Shown: positions 8,678 through 19,606, counted from the stretch's first letter. The stretch is 64,000 bases of DNA from Vampirovibrionaceae bacterium NZW_1234 (GCA_041697335.1 JBGUGD010000002.1:96001-160000), one strand, 5' to 3'. Program-made: numbers and translations. The notes: generated by a model from the sequence alone, not told the origin.

Positions 8678-11071
8678 ATGACCGCACTCAGCCCATCTCC
8701 GACCATGATACAAAACTTGAATCCCCAACAACAGGAAGCCATTACACACATAGAAGGACCTCTGCTGGTTTTAGCCGGGGCCGGTAGTGGCAAGACGAGA
8801 GTTCTGACCAACAAGATTGCCCACACCATTTCCCAAGGCGTGATGCCCGCCAATATCCTCGCCGTGACCTTTACCAACAAGGCTGCCAAGGAAATGGCCC
8901 ATCGGATTGAATCCATGCTCGGCCATGGCTACGACCCGAGCCTGTGGATTGGGACCTTTCACAGCATCTGTGGCCGGATTTTGCGGCGTGAAATCGGAAA
9001 ATATCTGAGCGATAGCGGCAAGACCTGGAGCAACAACTTCGTTATTTATGACGAGTCGGATTCCATTGCCGCCGTGAAAGAAGCCATTCGGGCCCTGGAG
9101 CTGGATGAAAAGCTCTACAACCCCAAGAACATCAAGTATCAAATCAGCAACCTGAAAAACCAGTTGATCAGCGCACATCAGTACGCCTCCAAGGCCGTGG
9201 ACTTCCGAACGGAGAAACTGTCCCGGATATACGAGGGCTACGAGGCTATTATGTCTCGCAATAACGCCATGGACTTCGATGATTTGCTTCAAAAAGCCGT
9301 CGAGCTGCTCCAGAAAAATCCCGATGTGCGCCAACGCTATCACCAGCAGTTTCGGCATGTGCTGGTGGATGAGTTCCAGGATACCAACGATGCCCAGTAT
9401 GAGCTGGTGCGCCTGATTGTGGAAGGCTGCACCAAGGAAGAGCGGACCAGTCTGGACCCGAGGCTGCAATGGGCCAACCGCAGCTTCACGGTCGTGGGCG
9501 ATGTGGATCAGTCGATTTACAGCTGGCGCGGGGCCAACTTCCGGATCATCCTGAACTTTCAGCATGACTTCCCCGGGGCCAAGCTGATTAAGCTGGAGCA
9601 TAACTATCGCTCCACCGCCAATATCCTGAATACGGCCAATGCCATTATCGAAAACAACAGCGAACGCCTGCCCAAGGCCCTGATTTCGGTTCATGGCGCC
9701 GGTGAAAAAATCTACTGCTACGAAGCCAAAGACGATCGGGATGAAGCCTTTTTTATCGTCGATAAACTGGAAGAAGCCGTGAATAAGGGCAATATTCGCC
9801 CCGGCGACTGCTGCATTCTGTATCGGACCAACTCGCAAAGCCGTTTGTTCGAAGATATCCTGATTAGCCGGGGGCTGTCCTACACCATTGTGGGTGGTAT
9901 CAAGTTCTACGAGCGCCGGGAAATCAAGGATGTTCTGGCCTACCTGAACATTGTCTTTAACGATCAGGATGCCTATAGTGTGAAGCGGGTGCTCAACGTC
10001 CCGAAGCGCAGCATTGGCAAAACCAGCATCGAAAAGCTGGAAGCCTTTGCCAATCACAACGGCATCTCCCTCTATGAGACCCTGCGTCGGGTCAATGAAA
10101 TCGACGAATTTACCCCCAAGCTCAAGAAGGCCGTCAGTGGGTTTGTCGCACTGATTGAGAATCTGAAGGCCCATGCGACCCAGCTGGCCCTCAATGACTT
10201 TATTCTCTTTGCCATCGAAGAGTCCGGGTATTTGAATGAGCTGAAGCAGGAAGATCCCCTGGACAGCGAAGGTCGGATTCAGAACCTGGAAGAGTTTGTG
10301 AGCGTGGCTCGCCACTACTTGCAGGACAATCCGGAAGGGGATCTGGCGGGCTTCCTGACTCAGATGTCCTTGCTGAGTGATATTGATACGGCAGAACCCG
10401 CCGAGAATAAATTTGTGCTGATGACCATGCACGCAGCCAAGGGACTGGAGTTCTCCGTGGTGGCCATTGCCGGGATGGAAGAAGGCTTGTTCCCGCATTC
10501 GCGCTCGCTGTCGGATAATCCGCAGATGGAAGAAGAGCGGCGCCTGATGTATGTGGGCGTGACCCGGGCCAAGGAAAAGCTCTTTCTGACCTATGCCCGC
10601 CGCCGCATGGTGTTTGGCGACCTGCGCTATTCCACACCCAGTCGGTTTCTCAGGGAAATTCCCAATGATCTGATGACCGGTCTGTACTCTCTTGACGGGG
10701 AGTCCCGGTATGACAACAGCTATGCGTCTTCGCCTTCGCGCGAGCGTAAGGTCTATGACCAGGGCCGCTCCAACTATGGGGCCGACCGCTCCTCGTCATC
10801 CACCCGAGGCTACTCGTCCGAGCGCTTTGAAGATGATATGCCCCCCGTGAGCCGGATTCGACCGGCTGCGGAGAGAAAGCCGCAAGCGCCCAAGCCGTCT
10901 TCCATTCGTCTGTTGGAAGTGGGCGATCGGGTTATGCACAGCAAGTTCGGTCAGGGCACCATTCAGCAGGTGATTGGCGAAGGTGATAAGGCGATTTACA
11001 GCATCAAGTTCGACACCATTGCCGGGCGCAAGCTCCTGGATCCCAAGTTTGCGAATCTGGAGCCCTTGTAA
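8678..11071 (+). CDS. pcrA: ATP-dependent DNA helicase PcrA/UvrD
   Basis: LAGAGSGKTRVLT, VDEFQDTN, VGDVDQSIYSWRGA, LEHNYRST, MTMHAAKGLEF, EERRLMYVGVTRA and C-terminal Tudor-like VGDRVMHSKFGQG. Confidence 0.96.
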   Translation: MTALSPSPTMIQNLNPQQQEAITHIEGPLLVLAGAGSGKTRVLTNKIAHTISQGVMPANILAVTFTNKAAKEMAHRIESMLGHGYDPSLWIGTFHSICGRILRREIGKYLSDSGKTWSNNFVIYDESDSIAAVKEAIRALELDEKLYNPKNIKYQISNLKNQLISAHQYASKAVDFRTEKLSRIYEGYEAIMSRNNAMDFDDLLQKAVELLQKNPDVRQRYHQQFRHVLVDEFQDTNDAQYELVRLIVEGCTKEERTSLDPRLQWANRSFTVVGDVDQSIYSWRGANFRIILNFQHDFPGAKLIKLEHNYRSTANILNTANAIIENNSERLPKALISVHGAGEKIYCYEAKDDRDEAFFIVDKLEEAVNKGNIRPGDCCILYRTNSQSRLFEDILISRGLSYTIVGGIKFYERREIKDVLAYLNIVFNDQDAYSVKRVLNVPKRSIGKTSIEKLEAFANHNGISLYETLRRVNEIDEFTPKLKKAVSGFVALIENLKAHATQLALNDFILFAIEESGYLNELKQEDPLDSEGRIQNLEEFVSVARHYLQDNPEGDLAGFLTQMSLLSDIDTAEPAENKFVLMTMHAAKGLEFSVVAIAGMEEGLFPHSRSLSDNPQMEEERRLMYVGVTRAKEKLFLTYARRRMVFGDLRYSTPSRFLREIPNDLMTGLYSLDGESRYDNSYASSPSRERKVYDQGRSNYGADRSSSSTRGYSSERFEDDMPPVSRIRPAAERKPQAPKPSSIRLLEVGDRVMHSKFGQGTIQQVIGEGDKAIYSIKFDTIAGRKLLDPKFANLEPL

Positions 11072-11198
11072 GCATCGTTATCTCAATTATTCTTGGTACC
11101 TATGTTAATGAGCCCGGATCCGGTTTCTGTCGGTGAAGGGGCTCAGGCCCGTGCCATGGGCGCCGTATTGGAAATGGTAAAATAAGAGGATGGGTTCT

Positions 11199-11272
11199 GC
11201 CCTCGTAGTTCAGTAGGATAGAACGGCTCACTCCTAAGGAGCATGTCGGGGGTTCGAATCCCTCCGAGGGCA
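11199..11272 (+). tRNA. tRNA-Arg (CCT)
   Basis: GCCCTCGTAGTTCAGTAGGATAGAACGGCTCACTCCTAAGGAGCATGTCGGGGGTTCGAATCCCTCCGAGGGCA; cloverleaf with an A31-G39 mismatch. Confidence 0.93.
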
Positions 11273-11422
11273 GGTTTATATTTTTGAATTCATCGAATTT
11301 GGGTCTCAAATCCTTTAGCGGTAGGAGGTCGTTTTCGGGTCGGACCGCTACACTGGTGGGGAGTCGCATCAGTCTGTCAGACTGTTGGCGATGAGATGTA
11401 TTCAACCCAGGTACCCTGCTTC

Positions 11423-13174
11423 GTGTCTAAGAAAAAGAAAAAACGCCAGCAAACGCTTCAAAAAGAACGGATGAACCGGTCACAGGCCAACCCCCCTGCG
11501 GCGATTCCCGTGTCGCCCTCGACGGGAATTCCCATGGTACAAAACCCGGGGAGCGCGAATAAACCCAATATCATTGTTCAGATCTTGGAAGAAAATAAAA
11601 AGTTGTCGGAATGTCTTCTGTGGCAGATGCAGGAAGATTTTTACAACAATGCCGGGATTGAGGCGTGGAACCAGGTTCCCTTTTACCCCACCTGTAATGC
11701 GTTTATTGGGCGTACCTACGCTGAGATGATTCTGGCGTTTCTGCTTGACGTGAAAGATCAGCTGAATCCGGATGAGCCTATTTATATCGTGGAAATGGCA
11801 TGCGGTACCGGGGGACTCAGTTTTTATCTGGTGAAGGATTTGTTGAAGCGGATTGCCCATTATCCCTCCCTGGCGTCCTTGCGCTGGGTCTACGTGATGA
11901 CGGACTTTACGGAGAATAACGTCAGTGCCTGGGAGAAAAACCCGAAATTGCTGCCCTTTGTGGAAAAGGGCGTCATGGACTTTGGGGTGTTCCGTCCGGA
12001 AGATCAGCGGGAAGTGTACTTACGCCAGTCGAAAGTGACCTTGTCCCGGGAGACCGTGAAAAACCCCATTATCAGTGTGGCCAATTATTTCTTCGATACC
12101 ATTCGGCATGATCTGTTTCGGATTGCCGATAAAAAGCTTCTGGAAGGGCGTGTGTCGTTTCATCGCGAGTTGGTCGAGGGGCAGGATTCGGAACAGACCC
12201 CGCCTACGTTTGGCGATCTGCGAAAAACCGAGTCGTTTTCGCCGGTGAGTGCCGATTATTATGATGATCCCAAGCTCAATGCCATTCTGAAGTACTACAT
12301 GAATGCCTTTGACAACGCCAGTGTGTTGTTTCCCATCAGTTCCTTCAAGTGCCTCTCCAATCTGCAATACATGTCCAACGATCGGTTGGTGCTGATTTCG
12401 TCGGATAAAGGGTTTACCCAGGCCGAGTATATGCAGGATCACTGGGATCAGAACTTTGCGGTCCATGGATCCTTCTCGTTTATGGTGAATTATCACTCGA
12501 TTGGATTGTTCTTTGAACAGCAGGAAGGGACGTTCTGGTCTACCAAGGAACGCACCGGCTGTTTGGCCACGGTCATGGGTATCATGATGCCCGGCATGGA
12601 CCAATCTCGCTTTGAAAATAGCGGCTATTACTTCTTGGAGCGGGTCGATAACGAGAATCCCATTAACAACCTGTATTTCTGTCAGGACCTGCTTCACGTA
12701 GTGTCGCCCCAGCCTCGCCAGAAGGATGCCATTTTTAAAGCCTCCCTGTCTCTGCTGAAGCTGAGCAACTACGACCCGATTGCCTTCTACTTTATGGGCA
12801 ATAACCTGTATTCGGCCATTACAGAGCTGGATTGGTCGCAGCGCGAATCGCTGTATCACGCGGCGTGCGTTGTGAAAGACAACTTTTACTATATTCGTCG
12901 GGACTTTAATACCTTGTATTGGGTGGCCAAGATGTTTTACGGGTTGGATCGCTTTGAAGAGTGCCGTCAAACGTTTCTGGAATCCATCGAGTTGTTTGGT
13001 GTCGATGATCAGGCGCTCTATTACATTGCTGCGTGTAATGAGGTCCTGGGTGATTCTGAGACAGCGTTACTCTATTATCGTAAAACCCTGGAACTGGATC
13101 CCAATTGCGAATTGACCAAATCCGGTATTCAACGGATGCTTGCAAAGCTTGGTCAGGGGGCGCCGACTCACTAA
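11423..13174 (+). CDS. SAM-methyltransferase-like (MidA/NDUFAF7-type) domain protein with C-terminal TPRs
   Basis: IYIVEMACGTGGL motif I, VMTDF, VANYFFDTI; TPR-like ALYYIAAC...ALLYYRKTLELDP. Start uncertain (11396/11423/11471). Confidence 0.65.
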   Translation: MSKKKKKRQQTLQKERMNRSQANPPAAIPVSPSTGIPMVQNPGSANKPNIIVQILEENKKLSECLLWQMQEDFYNNAGIEAWNQVPFYPTCNAFIGRTYAEMILAFLLDVKDQLNPDEPIYIVEMACGTGGLSFYLVKDLLKRIAHYPSLASLRWVYVMTDFTENNVSAWEKNPKLLPFVEKGVMDFGVFRPEDQREVYLRQSKVTLSRETVKNPIISVANYFFDTIRHDLFRIADKKLLEGRVSFHRELVEGQDSEQTPPTFGDLRKTESFSPVSADYYDDPKLNAILKYYMNAFDNASVLFPISSFKCLSNLQYMSNDRLVLISSDKGFTQAEYMQDHWDQNFAVHGSFSFMVNYHSIGLFFEQQEGTFWSTKERTGCLATVMGIMMPGMDQSRFENSGYYFLERVDNENPINNLYFCQDLLHVVSPQPRQKDAIFKASLSLLKLSNYDPIAFYFMGNNLYSAITELDWSQRESLYHAACVVKDNFYYIRRDFNTLYWVAKMFYGLDRFEECRQTFLESIELFGVDDQALYYIAACNEVLGDSETALLYYRKTLELDPNCELTKSGIQRMLAKLGQGAPTH

Positions 13175-13489
13175 TCGGTTTTTAGAATGACTGTGCTTTG
13201 TTCACTGCCTCTGGATTGTTACGGGCTTGAGTTCCGCTGCCCGGACTTGTGCCATTAAATAGGCACTGAGTGAATCGTTGTTTGTCTTCTTGCGATGGGA
13301 TTGACTTTCCTGGTCAAACAGGGACAATGGAAGTCAATTGAGACTACCCAACAGAGAGCATAATCTAGCGCTGCTTGCGCCTTGTCCTCAAGGGTTTAAT
13401 GCCGGGTTACTGGCTTGGACTGCCCGTATGGCCGGGTTGCTATCTGGATAAGAGAGCAGTTGCCTTTTAAACAAGAGGTTAATGGTATC

Positions 13490-15352
13490 GTGATTGGACG
13501 GATAAAGCGATTTTTACTGGGTGCCCCTTTGGCAACCCATGCCGAAGAGCATCAGCGACTGAACGTGCCATTAGGTTTGGCTGTTTTTTCCTCCGATGCC
13601 TTATCTTCCACCGCCTATGCCACGGATGAAATCTTGCTTGCCTTGGCCGCTTCTACCTTTGCGGCCAGCGGAAATCTGTTGTCTTTGCCTGTGGCCCTGG
13701 CCATTTCAGTTTTGATCGCGATTGTGATTATTTCCTATCGCCAGATTATCCGGGCAAACCCACAGGGCGGTGGGACCTACATGGTGGCCAAAAATAACCT
13801 TGGGGTGGTGCCGAGCCATATCGCTGCCGCTTCTCTGCTGATTGACTATGTGTTGACCGTGTCCGTTAGTATTACGGCAGGGATTGCGGCGATTACTTCT
13901 ACAGGGATCCTGCCCCACGCCCAGGTCACCAGCCTATCCATTATCGCAGCCCTGATTATTATGCTGATGAATTTGCGGGGTTTGAAAGAATCCGGTAAAG
14001 CATTTGCCTTTCCGGCTTACACATTTCTGTTCAGCATGGGGGCGCTTATTTTTACCGGGATTTACAAAGCGGTCACCCAGGAACACGTTAATTTGGGGTC
14101 TTTTACCACCAGTGCTACCCATTTGACAGATACCACCGGCGGGGATCTCATTAATTTGACGTTGATTCTGGTCTTGTTAAAGGCATTTTCCCATGGCTGT
14201 GCCGGTCTTACGGGGATTGAGGCCGTTGCAGACGGGGTCAAAGCGTTTCAAGATCCGGCCCCAGCACGGGCGAATAAGACGATGGCCGTGATGGGGATTT
14301 TGTTGATTTCCATCTTCTTGAGCATTACGTTTTTGGCGTTTTCATTCCATGTGATGCCCAAGGCCGATGAAACGATTATTTCCCAGGTGGCTCGCGCCGT
14401 TTTTGGGGGCGGCACATTTTTCTACATGCTGGTTCAGTTTTCAACCATGATTCTGCTGGTGCTGGCCGCTAACACGGCATTTGCAGATTTCCCGAGGGTC
14501 GCCAGCTTTTTGGCAAATGATGGGTATTTGCCACGCCAGATGATGAACCTGGGCGATCGCCTTGTTTATAACAACGGTATTATGCTGCTCAGCCTCTTGT
14601 CGATTTTCTTAATCTGGTTTTTTCAGGGCAATACACACTCGCTGATTCCGCTATATGCTGTAGGCGTATTTATTTCGTTTACTTTGTCGCAATCCGGTAT
14701 GGTGCTGCACCACCGTCGTGTTCGTGAGCCCGGCTGGAAGCAGGGGGCTTTTATCAATGGCTTTGGTGCTGTGATTACGGCATTTGTTAGCATCATATTA
14801 GCCTTTGAGAAATTCACGGAAGGGGCCTGGATTATCTTTGTGGCTATTCCGTTGATTATGTGGATGTTTCGGGCGATTAAGCGGCACTATCTGTCTGTGG
14901 CTCGCCAGTTGGTATTGCCGGAGGACTCCGCCTACTGCCCAGTTGGTGTCGAGCATACGGTCTTGGTCCTGGTTTCGTCTTTAAATCGTGGCACCATTCC
15001 GGCGTTGCAGTATGCGCAAAGCATTTCCGGCCGAGTGGAAGCGGTTCATGTGAAAGTGAACCCACAAGCGACAGAGCGGCTTCAGAAGGCCTGGGAGAAG
15101 TGGGGCTGTAATATGACCCTGACGATCCTGGATTCACCGTATCGTTCTATTCATGAACCTTTGTTGGACTACATTACCGAGGTTGAAAAACGTCACGAGC
15201 ACGATTTGGTCACGATTGTTATCCCCGAATTTGTTACCAAACGCTGGTGGCACAACCTCATGCACAATCAATCCGCCATTTTTATCAAGACCCTGCTGCG
15301 CCAACAAAAGGGGAAAGTCGTCACGACAGTGCGCTATTATCTCGAAGAGTAG
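13490..15352 (+). CDS. APC-family transporter, KimA/YdaO-like K+ importer
   Basis: FSSDALSSTAYATDEI, GGGTY, LLIDYVLTVSVS, LTGIEAVADGV, DFPRVAS and cytoplasmic tail SPYRS...IPEFVTKRWWHNLMHNQ. Confidence 0.88.
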   Translation: MIGRIKRFLLGAPLATHAEEHQRLNVPLGLAVFSSDALSSTAYATDEILLALAASTFAASGNLLSLPVALAISVLIAIVIISYRQIIRANPQGGGTYMVAKNNLGVVPSHIAAASLLIDYVLTVSVSITAGIAAITSTGILPHAQVTSLSIIAALIIMLMNLRGLKESGKAFAFPAYTFLFSMGALIFTGIYKAVTQEHVNLGSFTTSATHLTDTTGGDLINLTLILVLLKAFSHGCAGLTGIEAVADGVKAFQDPAPARANKTMAVMGILLISIFLSITFLAFSFHVMPKADETIISQVARAVFGGGTFFYMLVQFSTMILLVLAANTAFADFPRVASFLANDGYLPRQMMNLGDRLVYNNGIMLLSLLSIFLIWFFQGNTHSLIPLYAVGVFISFTLSQSGMVLHHRRVREPGWKQGAFINGFGAVITAFVSIILAFEKFTEGAWIIFVAIPLIMWMFRAIKRHYLSVARQLVLPEDSAYCPVGVEHTVLVLVSSLNRGTIPALQYAQSISGRVEAVHVKVNPQATERLQKAWEKWGCNMTLTILDSPYRSIHEPLLDYITEVEKRHEHDLVTIVIPEFVTKRWWHNLMHNQSAIFIKTLLRQQKGKVVTTVRYYLEE

Positions 15353-15606
15353 GTGTTGCCGATGACACTCTTGAAGCCCTGCTTTTCAGGTATCTTTCGG
15401 ATGGTTTACTTGACGGGCGGCATATCATTACAAATGTAAAGTTTTGAAGCACTGCTCCAGGTCTTTTTGAGGGCAACCCGGAAGTTGGCTTGGTTTTCAT
15501 TTAGTATGCTTGTGATATGATTCCCTATACGCCGATGTATAGGCATGCACCAAGTACCCTGACAGGTTACTTATTCCTATAGTCCCTGAGTTGGAGACTT
15601 TCAACG

Positions 15607-16521
15607 ATGCCCCTAGGAAATTGGTTTGCCTCCAAGCGAAAAGCAACGTCCTCGCTAAACCCGGAGAGCATGAATCAGAATCTGACGGATGATGATTTTA
15701 ATCGTTTATGGATTCAGTGCTATAACTGCCAGGAACGATTCCCTCGCAAAGAGATTGAAGACAATATGATGGTCTGCCGGAGCTGCAACTACCACTTCCG
15801 TATTGGAAGCCAGGAGCGCATCGAACAACTGGCCGACGCGTTCGAGGAAATGGATGCAGACATGCGTCCCAAGGACCCCCTTGCCTTCTTTGATACCGAG
15901 CCTTATCCGGATAAGGCCCGCAAGGCAGAGAAGAAAACCGAGTTGACGGAAGCCGTCATCACCGGCCTGGCTCGGATTCGCGAGATTGATTTTGCCCTCG
16001 GCGTAATGGATTTTTCCTACCTCGGTGGCAGCATGGGAAGCGTTGTCGGGGAAAAGTTGACCCGGTTGATTGAAACCGCTCTGGAAAAGAAAATTCCCCT
16101 GGTTATTATCTCGTCTTCCGGTGGTGCCCGGATGCAGGAAGGGACCTTTAGCCTGATGCAAATGGTTAAGACCGGCTCAGCCCTTGCCAGGCTCCACGAA
16201 GCAGGTTTACTGTATGTCTCTATTTTGACGGAGCCTACCTTTGGTGGTGTAACGGCGAGCTACGGAACTTTGGGCGATATTATTATTGCCGAGGAAGGAG
16301 CTCGTATTGGTTTTGCCGGACGTCGGGTCATTGAGCAGACCATTCGTCAAAAGTTGCCTGCCGATTTCCAAACGGCCAATTATTGTATGAAATATGGTCA
16401 GGTGGACATGGTGGTTCCTCGGATTCAGCTGAAAGATACGCTGTTTCGTTTGTTGTACCTGCACAATCAGTCTGTTGCCCTTGCTGGCCCCTACAGCCAG
16501 CGGCAGACTGTGATGGTATAA
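15607..16521 (+). CDS. accD: Acetyl-CoA carboxylase carboxyltransferase beta subunit
   Basis: Zinc finger CYNC...CRSC; GGSMGSVVGEK, SGGARMQEG, PTFGGVTAS, GFAGRRVIEQT. Confidence 0.97.
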   Translation: MPLGNWFASKRKATSSLNPESMNQNLTDDDFNRLWIQCYNCQERFPRKEIEDNMMVCRSCNYHFRIGSQERIEQLADAFEEMDADMRPKDPLAFFDTEPYPDKARKAEKKTELTEAVITGLARIREIDFALGVMDFSYLGGSMGSVVGEKLTRLIETALEKKIPLVIISSSGGARMQEGTFSLMQMVKTGSALARLHEAGLLYVSILTEPTFGGVTASYGTLGDIIIAEEGARIGFAGRRVIEQTIRQKLPADFQTANYCMKYGQVDMVVPRIQLKDTLFRLLYLHNQSVALAGPYSQRQTVMV

Positions 16522-16533
16522 GAGGTGTGACCG

Positions 16534-17523
16534 ATGGGCCAAGCCATTGAACCCTTTGAGTTTGAAAAAACCATTTATGAGTTACAAGACAAAATTGAAG
16601 AGTTGATACGCGTGAGTGAAGAAACTGGAATCGATATGCAACAGGAAGTGGCAAAACTCTCTGAACAGGCCGAGCGCTATCGGTTTCATGTCTACAAGAA
16701 TCTTCAACCCAAGGAAAAGGTGCAAATCGCTCGCCACGCTCAGCGGCCAACAACCACGGATATCGTTAAGCAACTGAGCCCGGATACCTGGTTTGAGATG
16801 CACGGTGATCGGTCTGGGATGGACGATCGGGCTATCGTGGGCGGCATCATTACTTTGGTGGATCGCCCTGTTATGGTGGTCGGGACCCAAAAAGGCCGCA
16901 CCATGAAGGAAAATCTGGTACATAATTTCGGAATGCCCAATCCCGAAGGGTATCGTAAAGCACTGCGTCTTTTTAATCACGCCAATAAGTTCGGCATGCC
17001 GATTGTGACTTTCATTGATACGCCAGGAGCCTATCCCGGCATTGCTGCCGAGGAGCATGGAATTGGTATTGCCATTGCGCAAAATATTCGGGAAATGGCT
17101 CGGATGCGCGTGCCGATTGTTTCCGTGGTTGTTGGCGAAGGCTGCTCGGGTGGAGCTTTAGGCATTGGCGTGGCCAACGAAATCTATATGCTGGAGCATT
17201 CGGTTTATACCGTGATTTCGCCGGAAGGGTGTGCCTCTATTCTGTGGCGCAGTGCCGAGCACGCGGCCAAAGCTGCTGAAGCTTTGAAAATTACAGCCCA
17301 GGACCTTCTGGCCTTCGGTATGATTGAAGGTATTATTCCAGAGCCTTTGGGTGGCGCCCATTATGACCCGCAGCAGGCGATTGAGTCCATTCGGACCACG
17401 CTGACTGCTGCCCTGATTCCGCTCTTGCAACTGTCTCCTCAGGAACTGGTGGAACAGCGCTACGAAAAGTTCCGGAAGATCGGCGCCTTTGAAGAGTCGT
17501 TGCTGGTAGGCAGCAACGCTTAA
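16534..17523 (+). CDS. accA: Acetyl-CoA carboxylase carboxyltransferase alpha subunit
   Basis: ARHAQRP, HGDR, FGMPNPEGYRKALR, DTPGAYPG, VISPEGCASILW. Confidence 0.97.
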   Translation: MGQAIEPFEFEKTIYELQDKIEELIRVSEETGIDMQQEVAKLSEQAERYRFHVYKNLQPKEKVQIARHAQRPTTTDIVKQLSPDTWFEMHGDRSGMDDRAIVGGIITLVDRPVMVVGTQKGRTMKENLVHNFGMPNPEGYRKALRLFNHANKFGMPIVTFIDTPGAYPGIAAEEHGIGIAIAQNIREMARMRVPIVSVVVGEGCSGGALGIGVANEIYMLEHSVYTVISPEGCASILWRSAEHAAKAAEALKITAQDLLAFGMIEGIIPEPLGGAHYDPQQAIESIRTTLTAALIPLLQLSPQELVEQRYEKFRKIGAFEESLLVGSNA

Positions 17524-17530
17524 GCTTGTT

Positions 17531-18073
17531 TTGGGATCGGTTTTTCCCCACAGTATACGTCGCCTGAGGTCCCTCAGCCTGTTTCTGGGTTTATTGCTTT
17601 GTGTGGGTTGTGGCACGACGTCCCGGGAAGGGTTTTCTGAGGGGATGGCTGTTGAACGGGCGCAGAAAGAATTAATGTTCATTCTGCATGAAAGAGAAAT
17701 TCCGTATTATGGATTTATAAGGCCTCGCGTGGTTTCTGCGGGTTCGTGTTATTGGGTTTTGTACAAGCATTCTGTTTACTGGGGACGTTTCTTTGTTTGT
17801 GAAACCCTGATGGATGTTGCCGAGGTCAGCACCCATTCCTCGCTCGATGAGCATGAAATTCTTGAGCGGGCCTATGGGGCCTTGCAGGCAATGTTTCCGA
17901 ATGTGGATGTCAAAAGAGCCTATCCTCGGCATGCGATGACCCGTAAGGCGCTGAATCATCCATCGTTTAAGACGGTCGAGTCTGTGCCTTTGATTGATAT
18001 TCGATTTGGAGGCCAACATGGGGATCTCACGCTTACGATGGACGATTATGGGTGGTTTGATATCCAAAAATAG
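17531..18073 (+). CDS. Hypothetical protein, possible lipoprotein
   Basis: Basic plus hydrophobic N-terminus ending in LLLCVGC (lipobox-like); directly follows accA. Confidence 0.55.
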   Translation: MGSVFPHSIRRLRSLSLFLGLLLCVGCGTTSREGFSEGMAVERAQKELMFILHEREIPYYGFIRPRVVSAGSCYWVLYKHSVYWGRFFVCETLMDVAEVSTHSSLDEHEILERAYGALQAMFPNVDVKRAYPRHAMTRKALNHPSFKTVESVPLIDIRFGGQHGDLTLTMDDYGWFDIQK

Positions 18074-18270
18074 CGGCATGGGCATGGCTTGGATGTCCTT
18101 TTGTTTACAATTCGACATAAAGTATCATCAGACGTCTTAATTGTTTTTTTATACATATACGATATTGAGACGTTAGGAGTCAGGTTCGCCTGCTTCCAGG
18201 ATAGCTTTTATCGATGTATTACTAACGATTGGGAATTGAGAAAAAACCCGGATCGAATAGGAGAAGATAA

Positions 18271-19452
18271 ATGTCATCACTATCGCCTATGGCGGCTACA
18301 GGACAACCAGCATTTTTCACTTCTCTAGGGCCTACCTCGACCCCCGGCGGATTTTCCGGCCGGAGCTTCGGGACCCCCGGTTTGGTCCAAGGGTTTGGCT
18401 TCCCCTCGTTTGGTGATCCGAATTTCTATTTCCAACCCGCAGCCAGTAGCTTTTTCATTAACCGTTTGTTGGGTTATGCCAATGGTTCGGCCGTTAACAT
18501 CAATGTTGGCCCGACACCGTCCACCTTGGGCTTTGGTGGCCTGTTAAATGGTCTGCCTTACTATGGTGATGCCGGTTCGCCGACGGAGGATCCGTTTGCA
18601 GGCTTCGATCAAAGTTTTGGTCAAGGCTTTGGCGGTCCCCAAGGGTTTGGTGGTCCTCAACAAGGCTTCGGTGGTCCTCAAGGATTCGGTGGCGCACCTC
18701 AAGGGTTTGGTGGCGCTCCCCAAGGATTCGGTGGTGCACCCCAAGGATTTGGTGGCGCTCCCCAAGGATTCGGTGGTGCACCTCAAGGGTTTGGTGCTCC
18801 GCAAGGATTCGGTGGCGTACCCCAAGGGTTTGGCGCTCCGCAAGGATTCGGTGGCGTACCCCAAGGGTTTGGCGCTCCTCAAGGATTCGGTGGCGCACCT
18901 CAAGGATTTGGCGCTCCGCAAGGATTTGGTCTCCCTCAAGGCTTCGGTGGCGCACCTCAAGGATTTGGCGCTCCGCAAGGATTTGGTCTCCCTCAAGGCT
19001 TCGGTAGTTCCCCCGCTTTGGGTGGTTTTGGTGCTGCCTCCGCTCTAGGCGGTGTGGGTAGCATTCCCTTTGCCGGTGGTGCTCCGGCAGGCTTTGCCCC
19101 ATCCAGCGCTTTAGGCGGTGTGGGTAGCATTCCCTTTGTGGGTGGTGCTTCAGCAGGTCTTGCCTCATCCAGTGGCCTGGGCAGTGGTATTCTCGGAAGC
19201 CTCGGCTTTGGTAGCGGAATTGCCGGACTCGGAATTAATCCGGCCGCAGGAGCGGCCCCAAGACCATCGGCTCCGATGGGCCCTATGCCCGGCGGAATGG
19301 GATTACCTCCGATGGGTTTAGGCGGTGCTCCTTCGATTGGACAGCCTGCCCCGACGCAGCCTGCGTCCAACTCGGCATCCTTGCTGAATAGCGTGCTAAC
19401 GTTTGTGCTTCTGTTAGCCGTACTGAAGCGCCAGCAAGGCGACGCTGCATAA
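18271..19452 (+). CDS. Gly/Phe/Pro-rich low-complexity protein with (G)GAPQGF repeats and a C-terminal hydrophobic helix
   Basis: AGGAG RBS; repeats vary mainly at third codon positions in this frame; ends [17 protein letters not shown]. Confidence 0.8.
   Translation: MSSLSPMAATGQPAFFTSLGPTSTPGGFSGRSFGTPGLVQGFGFPSFGDPNFYFQPAASSFFINRLLGYANGSAVNINVGPTPSTLGFGGLLNGLPYYGDAGSPTEDPFAGFDQSFGQGFGGPQGFGGPQQGFGGPQGFGGAPQGFGGAPQGFGGAPQGFGGAPQGFGGAPQGFGAPQGFGGVPQGFGAPQGFGGVPQGFGAPQGFGGAPQGFGAPQGFGLPQGFGGAPQGFGAPQGFGLPQGFGSSPALGGFGAASALGGVGSIPFAGGAPAGFAPSSALGGVGSIPFVGGASAGLASSSGLGSGILGSLGFGSGIAGLGINPAAGAAPRPSAPMGPMPGGMGLPPMGLGGAPSIGQPAPTQPASNSASLLNSVLTFVLLLAVLKRQQGDAA
18622..19002 (+). repeat. Coding tandem repeat of 18-21-bp units (ggtggcgcacctcaaggattt type)
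   Basis: Roughly 18-20 PQGF-containing units. Confidence 0.9.
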
Positions 19453-19545
19453 GCCACAACAAACTTGCGAATGTGAGATTTGTAAGACAGCTCTATCCGG
19501 GCTGTCTTGCATTGGGGTTTGTCCTCTGACGACTGAGGCTAATGC

Positions 19546-19579
19546 ACAAGCCCCTCAAGAATATTCTTGAGGGGCTTGT
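19546..19579. terminator. Perfect 34-bp palindrome, likely terminator between convergent genes
   Basis: acaagcccctcaagaat|attcttgaggggcttgt; a second hairpin aagacagc...gctgtctt lies near 19484-19508. Confidence 0.7.
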
Positions 19580-19606
19580 AAAATGTTGATTTAAAACGAG
19601 ATCAAC

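Noticed and set aside
8771..10498. 575-aa antisense ORF, and similar long antisense ORFs over secF, ruvB and the toxin-like gene
   Set aside because: Shadow frames of well-supported genes with no motifs of their own.
13175..13489. c-di-AMP (ydaO) riboswitch expected upstream of the KimA-like gene
   Set aside because: I could not find the conserved GCTGAATC...GGGG...CCGTCAGCTAAC pattern.
18622..19002. CRISPR or non-coding repeat array
   Set aside because: Unit lengths are multiples of 3 with synonymous variation, so this is a coding repeat; the overlapping alternative ORFs are by-products.
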